Positions 13,113 to 27,010 of a DNA stretch of 64,000 nt are shown here, piece after piece. The DNA is from Felis catus. Taxonomy: Eukaryota. The translations under genes were made by a program, and so were the position numbers. The notes below the pieces were generated by a model, which did not search any database, was not told the DNA's origin, and saw only the letters and a program-made list of their open reading frames with translations. The stretch spans positions 150,290,001 through 150,354,000 of the forward strand of contig NC_058368.1 in assembly GCF_018350175.1 (NCBI RefSeq). The letters are read 5' to 3'. Positions within the stretch are counted from its first letter, which is position 1; every line of letters starts with the position of its first letter.

Positions 13113-14599
13113 AAAAAGTCACATCCTGTAATATTCTGGGTTTTCTGATTAAAGACCCAAATGGTTGCAGCACTAAGGAAAAAGGGCTTTATTCCACTGG
13201 TAGTTTTAGTCCTTTGGAAGATCCTTTGAATTGTTTGCTGTCAGCACATGTAACCTGTTGAAACCACTTCAGAACACAGCTACCTTGCTCAAGGATGGAA
13301 GCAAACCTCTCTCCTTCTAAAGTATAATTTTAATTGTGCAGCAAGTGGAGCTTTCCAAAATGAGTGTTCGGAGAAGTCCCTCTACTGCCCATTAAGTCAT
13401 GTTATTCTTAGTATCATCAGTTTTCATGCTGAGGGATTACAGGTTGAAACAACCTTATGAAACACTTTGGTTATTTTAGTAACAATGCACAGGGTCATGT
13501 AATTTCATTTGAATTTCTTTTGGGGCTTAATTATTAAATTTCAAATATTAAAAACATCTAAGGGAAATGTATGCTGAATCTCAGTGTCATCATTTAACCA
13601 TTGAGGTATCTAAATCATGGTAGTCAAGTTTAGAGCTTAAACACTCCCCAAGATATTCCTAACTCCCTTTCTTCCTGCAACCAAATGTCTGGCGTTTTAG
13701 ACACATCTTTTTGTTTCATTGTTGCAATAGCCTATATGGTAGCTATTGTTAACTCCATTCTACAAGCAAGGAAGGCAAGGAAACAGTCTCAGAAGGTTTC
13801 CATAACCTATCCAAAGTAGCAGCCTCTAAGAAAACCCCCAGCATCACTGTTTTGGCAGCTCCACTATCCTGTGGAATAAATGGCACTCTATTGCTTACTT
13901 ATTGTTATGAGCACTGCTGTTTTTCTGCTCTGAGCATCTATGCCCCAATGGGCATATTCTGTTTTACAGATGTGAATATGAAATGCTTCAAGAATGAGAG
14001 GAGATGTACAGAGGAATAGAATTGGAGTGTGCATTCTTTGTCTTTGGGCAGGAGACCAATATTGCACTGGAGTATTTTTCCCTCAGCAGATTTCTTCTGG
14101 TATTTCCCTCAGACGTGAAACTCTGGTCCAAGGGTCAAGTGTTGAGATTTTTGTTGTCTCTGTATTATTAGATCAAAGTGATTCACAAAGACAGGTCAAT
14201 CTTCTCTAAGCTCTTTCAAGTTGTTGCTCTGTGGGGGTAAAAAAAAAACCACTAATTTTCAGAGGGTGCAAATAAATAAACAAAATGGGATTGAAGAAAG
14301 GGAAACAGGCTAATAAACCACACCAAAAAAAGTCACCCTTCTCAGAGTTGAGTTGTAAATTTCACTGAATGTTCTGTGCTGGGCTGAATTCCCTATAAAA
14401 GCCATTAGATATGTAGGGGCAGCAAGGGCCCTCCAAATAAAATACCCCGGGAGTCTTTTACCCTTACAAAATCTTCTGAGTACCATTATCTTGGGGCATT
14501 CTCTACCTTAGTTAGAGACTATATATTTTCCCGGGGGGGGGGGGGGGGAAACAGAACAAAACACTTAGGCTGAATGGATAGTTTATTGGAGAGAACTGG

Positions 14600-14950
14600 G
14601 GAAAGACCATAGAGCCTGCTATGGTTCTGACCAGGATAGAAACAGAACACCCATCTGAGCCAAAGTGTTCTCTCTCCCTTCTTTCTCTCTCTCCCTTTTC
14701 TCTGTTGCATTCTCCCATAGGCCAAATAGAGTCACCACAGACCTGGCTGTCAGTCACCTTACACTTCAGGAATCCACCGTGTTCACCAGCCTCCCCCACA
14801 TCCATTTCCAAATTCCAGAGAGAAGGAATCTGATTGGTCCAGTCCTCATCCAGTCAGCGGTGAGATGGTGGGCGGGGCCAGAACTGGCCACCCTGAGAAG
14901 AAGCATGACTCTTCCCATCAGGCTGGGGTGGCAGGGCACTTGCCCTAGAC
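14600..14950 (-). mobile_element. MaLR LTR remnant (MLT1K/L-like)
   Basis: CCAAATTCCAGAGAGAAGGAATCTGATTGGTCCAG motif. Boundaries uncertain. Confidence 0.45.
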
Positions 14951-17900
14951 CTGAGGGTCCCTTCTTCCTCCCAACAGTCCGAGTACATCAAGTGTATTTC
15001 CTTTGTCAGTGCATTCTGATTACAATGTTATAATTAATTTCCAATGTGCAAAGAGACTAGTTTTACCTTCATATTTAACCAAATCCCTCACAACCACTAC
15101 ACAGGAAAAGGATTTGTTTTGGCTTAGTTTCTCAAAACCTGCAAAGAACCCTTTAGTCCGCTCCTACCACCATCACTCATACGCCATCTCCCCATCTTCC
15201 CTTCCCATCTGCCACCTCCCCTGCAGCATACATCAGAGAGAACTGTAAACACAAAGAACATATTATTGGCCTGATAGCAAAGAGGATTAATAATGACTCC
15301 CTCTAGCTTTCTTCAAAAGGATGTTGTTGACAGCCCATATACTACTGTTTGTTGAGTCCTTTGAGTTTCTCAGAAGACAGTCATTGTATAAATCCAAGGT
15401 ACTATTACTATTATTACCACATTTAACATTCGGTTAATAGTGAGAAAGTTCTTTTACAGTCCTAGCTGTAAACTATAGCTGTAAATTCTTTCCTGCTTCT
15501 TTAAAGCTCTTCCAGACGCTTTGAACAACGATACCAAAGTAACAATTCAAGTACATCACTGTGCCTAATGAATAAAAGCACTCTTGATTAATGGCACTTG
15601 TTCAACATCACACTGACAGAAGTATGAAGTGTTAAAAAAATGGAGTTTCTGCCTACTGTGATTTTTTTCGCTATTAAAAAAAAACAGGCATCATCAGAGC
15701 TGATTTTTTTTTTAGAGCTAGATTTTTTTTCTATTACCTTTTCGTCTATTCAACTGCTGTTGTATTTTTCATTCGACAAGTACTGTGCTTTTGTCTCATG
15801 CTGGTGCTTGCTATCAGAGTGTTATCACTCAAGAGGCCTGCTGCAGGATCCCCTAAGCATCTTCGCAATCAGCAAGCCTACCACTACCCTAGCACCAGAC
15901 CTCTGCCCAGGATGGAAAAGGAGGGTGAGGGAGGGAAGGAGGATGGGCGTTGCTAAAAGGCATACACTGGTCAGAGCTGACAAGGAGCAGCCAGGTGCTG
16001 GGAATATCTATCATGAAGTCATTGGTGAATTGCAGGTGACTAGAGGCATACTTCACAGTGCTGTATCAGAGTTTATGTATTTTACTAACCTTATTTCATA
16101 GGGTTGAAGCTATACAGTTTTATGAGCCCCCCAATCCTCTACTAGTTGGAAATAAATTCCTCCTCAGTTATATATCAGAGGATGACATTGGCTGTTGGCC
16201 CATCTCTCCAGGCAAATGCTCTGCCTGTATTTCTTTTTTCTTTCAGCCTGGGGATACGGTGCAGGGGTGTGGAGGTGGGAGTGTTTCTGTGTGACATGCC
16301 AGGAAGGAAAAAGCATGCAGTTCAAGGTGAGGGAGGTGGTGCAACCTGAATGCCAGCTTTAGCCTCTTGTTACATCCCTCTTGTTACATCCTGGTCTTGC
16401 AGATTGTTCAATCCGCTGGCGGTTTGAATGGTTAGCACGATTGTCAGCTATCTCTGCACTCCAGCTTTTCTCTCTCCTGGCAGGAACATCTGGGACACAG
16501 ACTTTACAAACAGTAATAATAACCCTACTTTAGCTTTCACATTTCTGCAGTTGTTATTATGTCATCATGGCAAATGACCATAATTGACCCCACGATGAGA
16601 TGTTGCCAACATTCGTATGAATAGCAACTGCAATCACACAGGCTAGCAGACATGGGCTTTGCAAATAAAAATTTTGCTGAATAGCCGAAATCTCAGGTTC
16701 GTTTGGGGACCTGGGTATTTCTAGATTGTAACAGAAAACGATTTGTTTCTGAAACAGAAGAGTGCTGCATACAGGGACCTAAATAGGACAGGGGTATGTA
16801 AGTATTAAAGAAAGATTTCCAGGATTTGCAGGAACCCCTGTGTCTTTGGGAGCTGATTTGGATACAGAGGGATGAGTCATGAGACTCCACCTGAGCACAG
16901 AGATCATGTAATTCTGTTTCTCAGCTCCAGGGTGCATGCATGCGCATACGCTCATGCAAAATTTTGCTCATGCAAAATTCGACCATCTCTATCATCCCAA
17001 AGTTAACACTGACCTTTCCTGACTCTCTCCAGAACTGGCATGAAACAAGGCTCTAACAAAACAGTGAAGAAAGAAATGACAATGTCAAAACACATATCAA
17101 TTCTCTTGACTGTAACTGTGTGTTTTACTATTGTGCTCAGGAGGCAATTTCGGCTAAGTTAGTCTTGAAAATTTTCAGCTGATTTGGTTTAGAAATTAAG
17201 ATCATCTCAAGGTGGTTGTTTCAATAAATTCATATTGAAACCTACATGCCCCTATTTTCTAAGGAACCTCTTTCTCTCAGAATGCCTATTTTTTATTGAA
17301 CTTGTTTTCCCAAACTGGGCATGTTGCCCTAAAATAAAAAACCACCCGACCCAAGAAGCAAAGACCTTGAATTTAATTGAGTTCATTTAAAGGGACTCGT
17401 ACAGGATTTTGAAACCTGCCCCCACAGTCTTCTCTCAGTTCTTTCTCATGGTCCCAAACCCAGCTTCTCTCCAGTTCCACTTCTCTGCTTAATGAGAACA
17501 CCTTTGGGGAGAATAACCATCAGTCTCGCACCAGAAATTATAGAAGGTGTAGAAGGTATAGAATTTAAAGAAGATCGTGAATCTCTTATTATAAACAGAA
17601 GATAATGGAATTTTCTCAGTTATTCCTATGACTTCCATATTATAGGGAAACTGAGAAAGAACTTTGCCTGGGCAGTTTCTAGCATTTTAGATAAACTATT
17701 TGCAAGAGTATGTTTTCTCTGGATTCCTGTGACGTAAAGAGTTATCCGCCTGCAGATGGCCCAGGACAACCACTGAATAGAGCCCAGTTGTCTTTGGACC
17801 ACTTCAACCTCCCTAAAAATTCTCCTGTCTCCTAGTTCTCCTACTGACCAATGGCTCCACTGGATCAGTGACCGCTAGGAGCAGGTCAAAGCCCCATAAT

Positions 17901-18105
17901 ATCCACCACTCCTCCCTACTCCCCGCCACAAACAGATATAGTCCTTTATTCCTATATATCACCTCAATCAAAATTCCCCCATTATGCTAGTGTAGCAATG
18001 CTAGATATCACCAGAAAACATATTAGTCTCATGCTTTTTTTTTAAGGTCAGTGAACATGTGTAATTCTCCTAATAAATATTTTCTATGTTTAAAATGATC
18101 TTATT

Positions 18106-18124
18106 GTTTTAATGTTTATTTATT

Positions 18125-18168
<44 letters not shown>

Positions 18169-18327
18169 CATAAGCAGGGGGGAGGGGCAGAGAGAGAGAG
18201 ACACAGAATCTGAAGCAGGGTCCAGGCTCCTAGCTGTCAGCACAGAGCTCGCTCGAACCCATGAACGCTGAGATCATGACCTGAGGCAAAGTCAGATGCT
18301 CAACTGACTGAGTCACCCAGGCGCCCC
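18106..18327 (-). mobile_element. CAN-SINE with long (GA)n
   Basis: SINEC body with degenerate TSD AAATGATCTTATT / AAAGGAGCTTATT. Confidence 0.92.
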
Positions 18328-19559
18328 TGAAAGGAGCTTATTAACACAAATGAATCTCTTATTTGTGAAATGGAGAGGCAGATTTTGTTTAGGGAGAATT
18401 TCTCTGCAGTACTCTCCTGATTCTGCTCTGACATGCTAAAAGTCAGCAACTTGATACCCTATTTCTAAAAAGTTCTCTGATTTGGATTTGAATTTCAAAG
18501 ATCAAATTCAAGTGTCTTAATCTTCTTCTCAGTTTTACTCTAAGACAAGTTAAACACAAGCAGAATAAAGACAGAGATTATAACTTTTCCTAAATTGTGT
18601 TTATTGTTTGTTTCTTTCCCTTCTTATTTTTACCATAACAGAAGAGAGCTAGGTAAAAACTATAAGACATTAAGACACAAACTATAAGACATAAAACCAT
18701 AAGATGAAAGAAACTGAAGATGATACAAATAACTGAAAAGATATTCCAATGCTCATGGGTTGGGAGAATTAATATTGTTAAAATGTTCATTGGACCCCAA
18801 GTGATCTATAAATTCAATACAATTCCTATAAAAATACCAATAGCATTTTTCACAGAACTAGAATAATCCCAAAATCTGTACAGAATCAGAAAAGACTTCA
18901 AATAGTCAAAGCAATCTTGACAAAGAACAAAGCTGGAGGTGTTATAATCTCAGACTTCAAGATATAGTCTAAAGCTATACCAATCAAAACTGTATGGAAC
19001 TGGCACAAAAATAGACACAAAGATCAACAGAACAGAATAGAGAGCCCAGAAACAAACCCATGCTTATATGGTCAACTTATATGATCAACTACAACAAAGA
19101 AAGCAGTATACAATGGGGAAAAGACAGTCTCTTCAATAAATAGTGCTGGAGAAACTGGAGAGCTATATGCAAAGAATGAAATTGGACCATTTTTAAACCA
19201 TACACAAAAGTAAACCCAAAATAGATTAATGACTTAAATGTGAGACCTGAAACTATAATACCTCTAAAAGAAAAGATAGGCAGTAATCTCTTGGACATTG
19301 GCCTCAGCAACATATTTATGGGTGTGATCCCCCAGGCAAGCAAAACAAAAGCAAAATTAAACTATTGTCACTACAACAAACTAAAAAGCTTTTACAAAGC
19401 AAAGGAAACCATCAACAACAACAAAAAGGCAACATAGTGAATGGGAGAAGATATTGCAAATGATATATCTGATAAGGAGCTAATTATCTAAAATATATAA
19501 AGAATAATATAATAAACTCAACATCAAAAGAAAAAGCTGATTTAAAAAATGGACAGATA

Positions 19560-19776
19560 GGGGCGCCTGGGTGGCTCAGTCGGTTGAGCGTCTGACTTTG
19601 GCTCAGGTCATGATCTCACAGTCCGTGAGTTTGAGCCCCGCGTTGGGCTCTGTGCTGACAGCTCAGAGCCTGGAGCCTGCTTCAGATTCTGTGTCTCCCT
19701 CTCTCTCTGACCCTCCTCCATTCATGCTCTGTCTCTCTCTGTCTCAAAAATAAATAAACATTAAAAAAAATTTTTT
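19560..19776 (+). mobile_element. CAN-SINE in L1
   Basis: TSD AAAAATGGACAGA(T/G)A at 19545-19559 and 19777-19791. Confidence 0.95.
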
Positions 19777-19934
19777 AAAAATGGACAGAGAACCTGAATA
19801 GACATTTTCCCAAAGAAGACATACAGATGACCAACAGTCACATGAAAACCTGTTCATCATCACTAAACATCAAAGAAATGCAAATTCAAACCACAATAAG
19901 ATATCACCTCACACCAGCTGGAATGGCTAGTATT

Positions 19935-20163
19935 TGTTTAACTATTTTTTAAATGTTTATTTATTTATTTTGAGAGAAAGAAAGAGTGTGCACATACAAG
20001 TGAGGGAGGAGCAGAGGGAGAGAAAGAATCCCAAACAGGCTCTACGCTCAGCAAGGAGCACACGGGGGACTCCATCTCGTGACCTCAGGATCACAACCTT
20101 GGAATCACGACCTGAGCTGAAATCTAATTAGACCCTCAACTGACCAGGCCACCCAGGTGCCCC
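19935..20163 (-). mobile_element. CAN-SINE in L1
   Basis: TSD TGGAA(T/G)GGCTAG(T/A)ATT at 19919-19934 and 20164-20179. Confidence 0.92.
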
Positions 20164-20645
20164 TGGAAGGGCTAGAATTAAAACAATCAGAAATAACAAG
20201 GGATTGGTGAGGATGTGAAGAAAAAGAAAGCCTTGCACACTGTTGGTAAGAATGTAAGTTGGTGCAACCATTGTGGAAAACAGTTTGGAGTTGTCTCCAA
20301 AATTTAAAAATAGAAATACCATACAATCCAATAATTCTAGGTATTTAGCCAAAGAAAACAAAGACACTAATTCAAAAAGATATGCACTTCTATGTTTATT
20401 GCAGGATTATTTACAATAGCCGAGATATGGAAGCAACCTTAGTCTCTGCTAATGGATGATGAATAGATAAGGAAGATGTGGTAAATACATACAATGACTG
20501 ATTATTCAGCCATAAAAAAGAATGAAATCTTAGCATTTATGACAACATAGACATCCCTTGAGAGCAAAATGCTAAGTGAAGTTAGAGAAAGACAAGTACC
20601 ATATGATTTCACTCATATGTGATGTCTAAAAAAAAACAAAAAACA

Positions 20646-20865
20646 GGGGCACCTGGGTGGCGCAGTCGGTTAAGCGTCCGACTTCAGCCAGGTCACGATC
20701 TCGCGGTCCGTGAGTTCGAGCCCCGCATCAGGCTCTGGGCTGATGGCTCAGAGCCTGGAGCCTGTTTCCGATTCTGTGTCTCCCTCTCTCTCTGCCCCTG
20801 CCCCCTTCATGCTCTGTCTCTCTCTGTCCCAAAAATAAATAAACGTTGAAAAAAAAATTAAAAAA
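20646..20865 (+). mobile_element. Young SINEC_Fc-type SINE in L1 3'UTR
   Basis: CpG-rich body (ACTTCAGCCAGGTCACGATCTCGCGGTCCGTGAGTTCGAGCCCCGC), nearly identical to the copies at 30174, 36190 and 51771. Confidence 0.95.
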
Positions 20866-21518
20866 ACAAAAAACAAAAAACAAAATAAATGAACAAACAA
20901 AGAAAAACTCAAGCAAACCAACTCCTAAATATAGAGAACAACCTGGTGGTTGTGAGAGGGGAAGCAGGTTAGGAGATGGGCGAAATAGGTGAAGGAGATT
21001 AAGAGGTAAAAGCTTCCAGTAATAAAATAAATAAGTCACACAGATGAGAAGTACAACATAGGGAATATAGTCCATAATATTGTAATAACCTTGTATGGTG
21101 ACAAATGTTGACTACGCTTATCACGGTGAGCAGGGAGTAATGTATAGAGTTGTCAACTGAATATAAGCTGAAACTAATATAACACTGTATGTCAATTATA
21201 GTTCAATAATAAAAATTAAATTAAAAATAATAATTAAAAAATACACAAAAAAGAAGGGAGCTAGGAAGTGAGGCAGGGGGCAGACAACCACTTGCTAGTT
21301 TGGGACTGACTTACTGTTGTTGTTGATCATGCAAAGCCTGGATCATCTCCAGCTGGATTAGTTGGCCACTGAGAGCAGCAGAGGTGCTCCTCGTGCGTGG
21401 AATCTGCAAGTGGAGAGAAGTAGATGACACTGTTGTTTATACGAATTTTTTGAAGTTTGTGGATTCCATTATTAATTCACCTGGGTGTAGTTTTTTTTTT
21501 TTTAAAGCATAATATTAT

Positions 21519-21725
21519 GGGGCACCTGGGTGGCTCAGTCAGTCAGGTATCCGACTTCAGCTTGGGTCATGATCTCACCATTCCTGAGTTTGAGCCCCAC
21601 GTTGGCTCCGTGCTCACACCTCTGAGCCTGGAGCCCATTTCGGATTCTGTGTCTCCCTCTCTCTTTACTCCTCCCCCATTCGCACTCTGTCTCTCTCTCA
21701 AAAATAAATAAACATTAAAAAAAAT
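21519..21725 (+). mobile_element. CAN-SINE
   Basis: SINEC body with TSD AAAGCAT(AAT)ATTATG. Confidence 0.92.
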
Positions 21726-24700
21726 AAAGCATATTATGTATGTATTTGGTTTAAATACTTCCTTTCACATAAATTAAGTCACACCACATATGTTCTTTTG
21801 TACTTCGCTTTTTCCACTTAATATATTGTGCACATTTTCACATATCAATATATATAATTGGATGTCATTTTGACCAGTAACATATTAGCCACAAGCGTGG
21901 ACCATCAGTGTCTGTGGTCACCTGGCATTCCAAGTGGAAAGACTTCCCTTTCTCATTATTTGTCCATGGGCTATCCTGTCCTCCTTCTCTGTGTTCTGAG
22001 TCTCCTTCCTTGACTAGTGTCTTTTACTTAATAGATAGGTACAAATGCACAAAGAAAGTTAAATTTTTCATTTTATGTGTTTAAAAGATGCTCATTAACC
22101 CAAATGACTAATGTATTTTTGATATGTATAGTCATTTTCCATAATTGAGTAAATCTTACTTTTGAACACCCACCCCGTTAAGTTAAATACGTGAGAAATC
22201 GTATCTCTTACTATCTTCCTGTTTAACACTGTCTCTCATTTTAATGTGGTCTATTTGAGGAAACATGCTCAGGCTTTCAGAGTTCTTTTATGCCTGAATC
22301 ATCCCAGGGTAGAACTAGGGTATATATAAGGTAAATTAGGTTCCTTTGTGGGGATTGGGGAAGAGGGGGGAAAGTAATGGATTTGCTCTTATGGGCCCCT
22401 GTGCTGTACTCTGGATCTTGAAAGACTCAGTTAAGAAGTGGCTTATCTGGGGTAATCTGGTTGAGTTTATAGGGTCCTTTGCAGTATCTCCTGAGGCACA
22501 GGAAACATCATGTTCCCAAGGGTGATATTCATGGTCCTATCCATTTGCTTCAGGTGTCAAATACTCTATACTTGACTACCTCTTCTTTCAAGCCCCACAT
22601 CTCTCCTCACCAAGGCCCACGGATACTTCTGAATTACCTACATGCTATGTGCAGCTATGAGAAACCTGGACTGAATCTACTGTCTTTTTAAATAAATATG
22701 CCTTCTACCATGCCTGTGGTTGAAAATGGTTCTGAATAAATGTTTGGCTTCTAAAGCTCTGTACCTTCCCCTTGACCAGTTCTAAGAAAACAGGCCACTA
22801 GTACAGATATACGGAGATGTCTTCATTTCTCTCCCCCACTCCCACTCAATGTTGCTCCCAAAGTTTGGTCTGGAGTGGAGAGCCTGGATGCGTGTATCCC
22901 CCTGCGTGCTTCAATTTCTCTCTCTCGTAGCCTTTCCAATTATCTGTGAGCTGGATTTTCACCTTGTATCAGTACATTTTCTTACATCATATTAATGGCA
23001 CATGGTAAAGCTGGGAGCTCAATGAATTTAGAAAATCTTTTTTTTCCCTCCCAAGGCTTTTCTGGCCTTTAAGTTTGTTTTTGCAACTAGTTGCTCACAA
23101 GTTCTTTGACAGAGAAAATCTGAATTTTGGCTCTTTATTTCTCTTCACATTCTGCATATTTCATGCCTAATATTTCCAATAAAAATCCATGTTTCTGGAT
23201 GACTAGAAGGATAGTCTTATATATGAAAATGCAAATGAGGAAAAATGCAGTGATACTTTAAAACAATATTATCCCTGTTACATAGGCTTAACATTTCTAG
23301 CTAATGCCTTTTCTGCCATCCTTTTAGGTTGCTTTTCAGTGGTGATATCCTTACAAAATAGGATGAACAAGAATTTTCCCCTAACCATCTCTGAGTCATA
23401 GTTCCTGACCTAAGTTTTAGAATACTTTTATTGAGTTAGAGAACAGCTTGACACCTTTGTCTTGTCTTTAGACTGTAAGTTCCCAAAATACTGGGACATC
23501 TCTTGTTCATATTGAATCTTCAGGATCTAGCATAAACATTAGTTATGGTTGAAATTTACTGGATTGGAGTCAATAGGATGCAAGTGACAGTGATGTATAT
23601 AAATTCTAAATTGTCTCTGGGTTGAAGACAAGCTGCTTTCTTGGACTTTGGTTCGTACTTCCACAAGCAGGACTGGTTTATAAGCCAGCAACCCAGACTT
23701 CACCTTTGTAAATGATGGTGGGATTTCATCCTAAAATGAAAGGAATCTAAGTTTCTAAAAGTTTGTGGAGCACAGCTACCCCACTGTTGTAAACCGGCCT
23801 GTTACATTAGAGATTAAGCTTCTACTTATTTAAGATTGTTGGAACTTGGCACTCACCCTAATTAATATGTTCAGTTTTCTGAGGTACAATGAGAGCAGCA
23901 TTAACTGGACACATGTAGAATTTTAATCTATCTATCTATTTTTATCTATCATTTTATCGTTTTCTACCTAACTATCTATGCATCTGGGGAGCTCTTTGTC
24001 AATCAGATTCTTGCCTCTACCTTCTGTCTTCAACTCCCACCCAAGCTAGAAGAAAAGTGGTATTCAAGGTGATATTATCAGTTGTAGGCACAGCAGATGA
24101 CACATGATGCATCTGGCACATTCCAATAATGATCACTGTTAACAGTTTTATCACTCAATTTCTAGAGCAAAGCTACGTATTCCAACTTTTCCATTAATTT
24201 TCATTCTCTCATCCCAACTATGAAAAGTGGACTACAGTTTGCCAGTCAGTGCTTACAGCCCTCACTAATAAAGGATATTTTTGCCTCATTAGCTTTCTCT
24301 CTTTGTTCCTCTTGTGCTATGTTGCAAAGAACAACCTGTGATAAGTTGCTCCCACTTCACGACCAAAAATAAAACCTTCTTTTAAAATTAAATACTTTCA
24401 TTTCAACTTTGATAAGGCCGAATTTGGCACAAAACTATAATAATTTAACTATTTCAACCTCAAAATCTCTCAAAAGCAGTGGATTCAAAAAGAATGCTTA
24501 AAATCCAGGCAACAATCTTCTAGGGAAAACATTCATAGAGTTAGGAAGACCCTAACAAGTAGGGAGTTAGAGCCCCTTTCCCATCTCTACGGCTACCACC
24601 CCACTCTCAGTGCCTAATCACCCCAGCTCTCAGCAATCTGTCCTTCCATGACTTTTCATAGCTCTTATTAGCCTTATTCATTTGCAACTCAGCATGTGAT

Positions 24701-25216
24701 TACATTATAGTTGTTTATCTTTCTTGCACGTAGGCTGTCTCCATATTTCGCTTATAAGACGGGAGCTATGGCATTTAATCTGATGGAGCTCCAGCTTTTA
24801 GCTTAGCTACTGCATGAAAAAAGTGTGCTCAGTAAAAATGGGCTGGTGATGATGCATGTAAATGCTGTTTTTCTACTGGAGCCCAGTGTTTCCAAGAGGC
24901 AGGGGTGGGAAGGGAGATTTGAAAGAGGAAAACTTTTTCCACTAAATATATATACACACACACATACATATATACATAAATTCATTATTTAGTGATTAAT
25001 AAAAGTTAAGGAGGCCCACAATAGTTTGTTTTTTTCTGATGAACCCGTGTTTAAATTTATGCTGGTCCCCGTGGGACATCTCTTGAATTGTAATTCTCAA
25101 TTGAATAGGCAGTACTTGAATACAATGATCTCAAGAGGATCAATACCTAATATCTAATAAGGTATGAGGAGTATTTTATGAGTATTAGCATAGATAAGGT
25201 TCTCATTTCTACCTAT

Positions 25217-25402
25217 TTTTTAAGGTTATTTATTTATTTTTGAGAGAGACAGAGACAGCATGAGCAGGGGAGGGGCAGAATGCCAAACAGGCGCCATGCT
25301 ATCCGCACGGAGCCCGACGCGGGGCTCCATATCACGAAACCATGAGATCATGACCTGAACCAAGAGTTAGAGGCTTAAATGACTGAGCCACCCAGATGTC
25401 CC
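25217..25402 (-). mobile_element. CAN-SINE
   Basis: TSD TCATTTCTACCTAT at 25203-25216 and 25403-25416. Confidence 0.92.
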
Positions 25403-25782
25403 TCATTTCTACCTATGTTTAGGCAGAAAATATTTTAAAACTTCTTTTCCCATGTACTTTGCTGATAATTAATTGTCAGCTTTATTATTTTTAATTAATT
25501 TTATTTTTTGGTTTATTTTGTCAAAAGTCTTTTTATGGTATTCATCTCTGTGAAAAATATGGCAAATGAAAATAACACAATGCATCTCTAAGAACTTGGA
25601 AAGGGCATGTATCAACACGACATTGTCAACAGATGTCAATTTTATGTAAATATCATTGTAGAGGCAGAAGTGAAAAGAATTCAAACAAACAAAAAAATAA
25701 ATCTGCAATTAAAAACCCATCCGAAGGACATTTTTTAATTTTAGTGTAGTGGTTCAGAGCAGTCTCTTTAAAGTTCTCAGAA

Positions 25783-26022
25783 AGGCAACATGGCAAATAG
25801 ACTAAGGGACCAGACTGCCTGCATTTGGATCCCAGGTCTACCACTCAGCTATTAAAACTAGGGCATATCATTTCTCTGTGTTTCTATTCCTTCAACTGAG
25901 AAAAATTAGAGAGGAATAGCATCTATCTCACAGGGAAGTTCTGAGGATTGAGCAAATAAACACACACAAAACATGGAGCACATGGCCTAACACATGATAA
26001 GTATTCAAAGGATATTAGCTGT
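25783..26022 (+). mobile_element. MIR SINE remnant
   Basis: AGACTGCCTGCATTTGGATCCCAGGTCTACCACT...ATCTATCTCACAGGGAAGTTCTGAGGATTGAG...GGCCTAACACATGATAAGTATTCAA. Confidence 0.75.
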
Positions 26023-27010
26023 AATTTGTAGATAGCAAGTATTCTAAATACATAAGTGCTGAAATCTCCATTCAACTTTTCATTTTCTGATGAGAGGATG
26101 TAAACCAACATTTTCTACATATTTAATTCCCTCTTGTCATCTCCAGGTGAGTTCCACTTTAAGAGGAAAATAACCTCAATAAGCAAAAATACACTGAAAG
26201 ATAGAAAAAAAACTTCAGTAATTCTTCTTTTTATAAAAGTATTCACCAAGTGTTTAAAAAATATATCCATACCTAATACTGTATTGAATTTCCTACACTT
26301 TCATAGTTTTCAGGAGGACTAAATCCAGGAAAAATCCTAGGGTTAATTGTAAAACAGGAAAAATAGTCCTATCTCCTATAGGGACAACACCTCCCCTTTT
26401 CTGGGTGTCCATCCTGGGTCTTATTTCCACTGTCTCAAAGTTTATCCAAGCCTGAAGAGGGCCCATTAAAATGTCAAGTTAGTGTTACTCCTTTAAGTAT
26501 GGTCTCATTTAACAGAAAACCCGTAAAAGGCAAAATGCTGGACTAGTTTAGTAGGAACCTACTGTTTTGTCCACCTATCACATTCCTTTCTTAAGGCAAG
26601 TGCCTTCCCTCCTATTCCACCCACATTTCCCATGCCCTCTGTGATCCTGCCTTCTGGTCCAGGAGTTGGCATTAGTCCTTCATTAGACCAATATCCCATC
26701 CTTGAGATTTTTAAGCTTGGGACACAGAGAGGCAGAGTAGTTTCTCCTGAATTAATGACGTAAGATATTAAACTTGGAAAGCATTGAGGGTCACATTTGT
26801 ATCATATGAAGAAAGAGAGCCTACCAGGAGAAAGAAGAATGATACTGACAGATAGAGACTAGAGACATAAAGAGTTTGGGAAACATTAGAGATGGGGATT
26901 CTACAAGACTTATTTTGAGGAGCAGTGAAGAAGAGAGACCAAGCAGTTTTCCTGCTCTTCTCACAGCAGTTTTTAGTTCTTCTGGAGAATGCAGAAGACA
27001 CCTCTTAGGT

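Larger units (their letters stand above)
18654..21251 (+). mobile_element. 5'-truncated older L1 (L1MA9/L1_Carn-like), ORF2 3' half and 3'UTR, interrupted by three SINEs
   Basis: Homologous to the young ORF2 from about 45390 onward, with stops. TSD AGAAG(A/G)GAGCTAGG at 18640-18653 and 21252-21265. A-rich tail. Confidence 0.9.

Noticed and set aside
15640..16101. 153-aa ATG-initiated ORF
   Set aside because: It runs through homopolymer tracts and has no recognisable domain, so it is likely chance.
17700..18000. Possible ERV LTR remnant (CCAAT, pyrimidine-rich)
   Set aside because: I could not define its termini or family with confidence.
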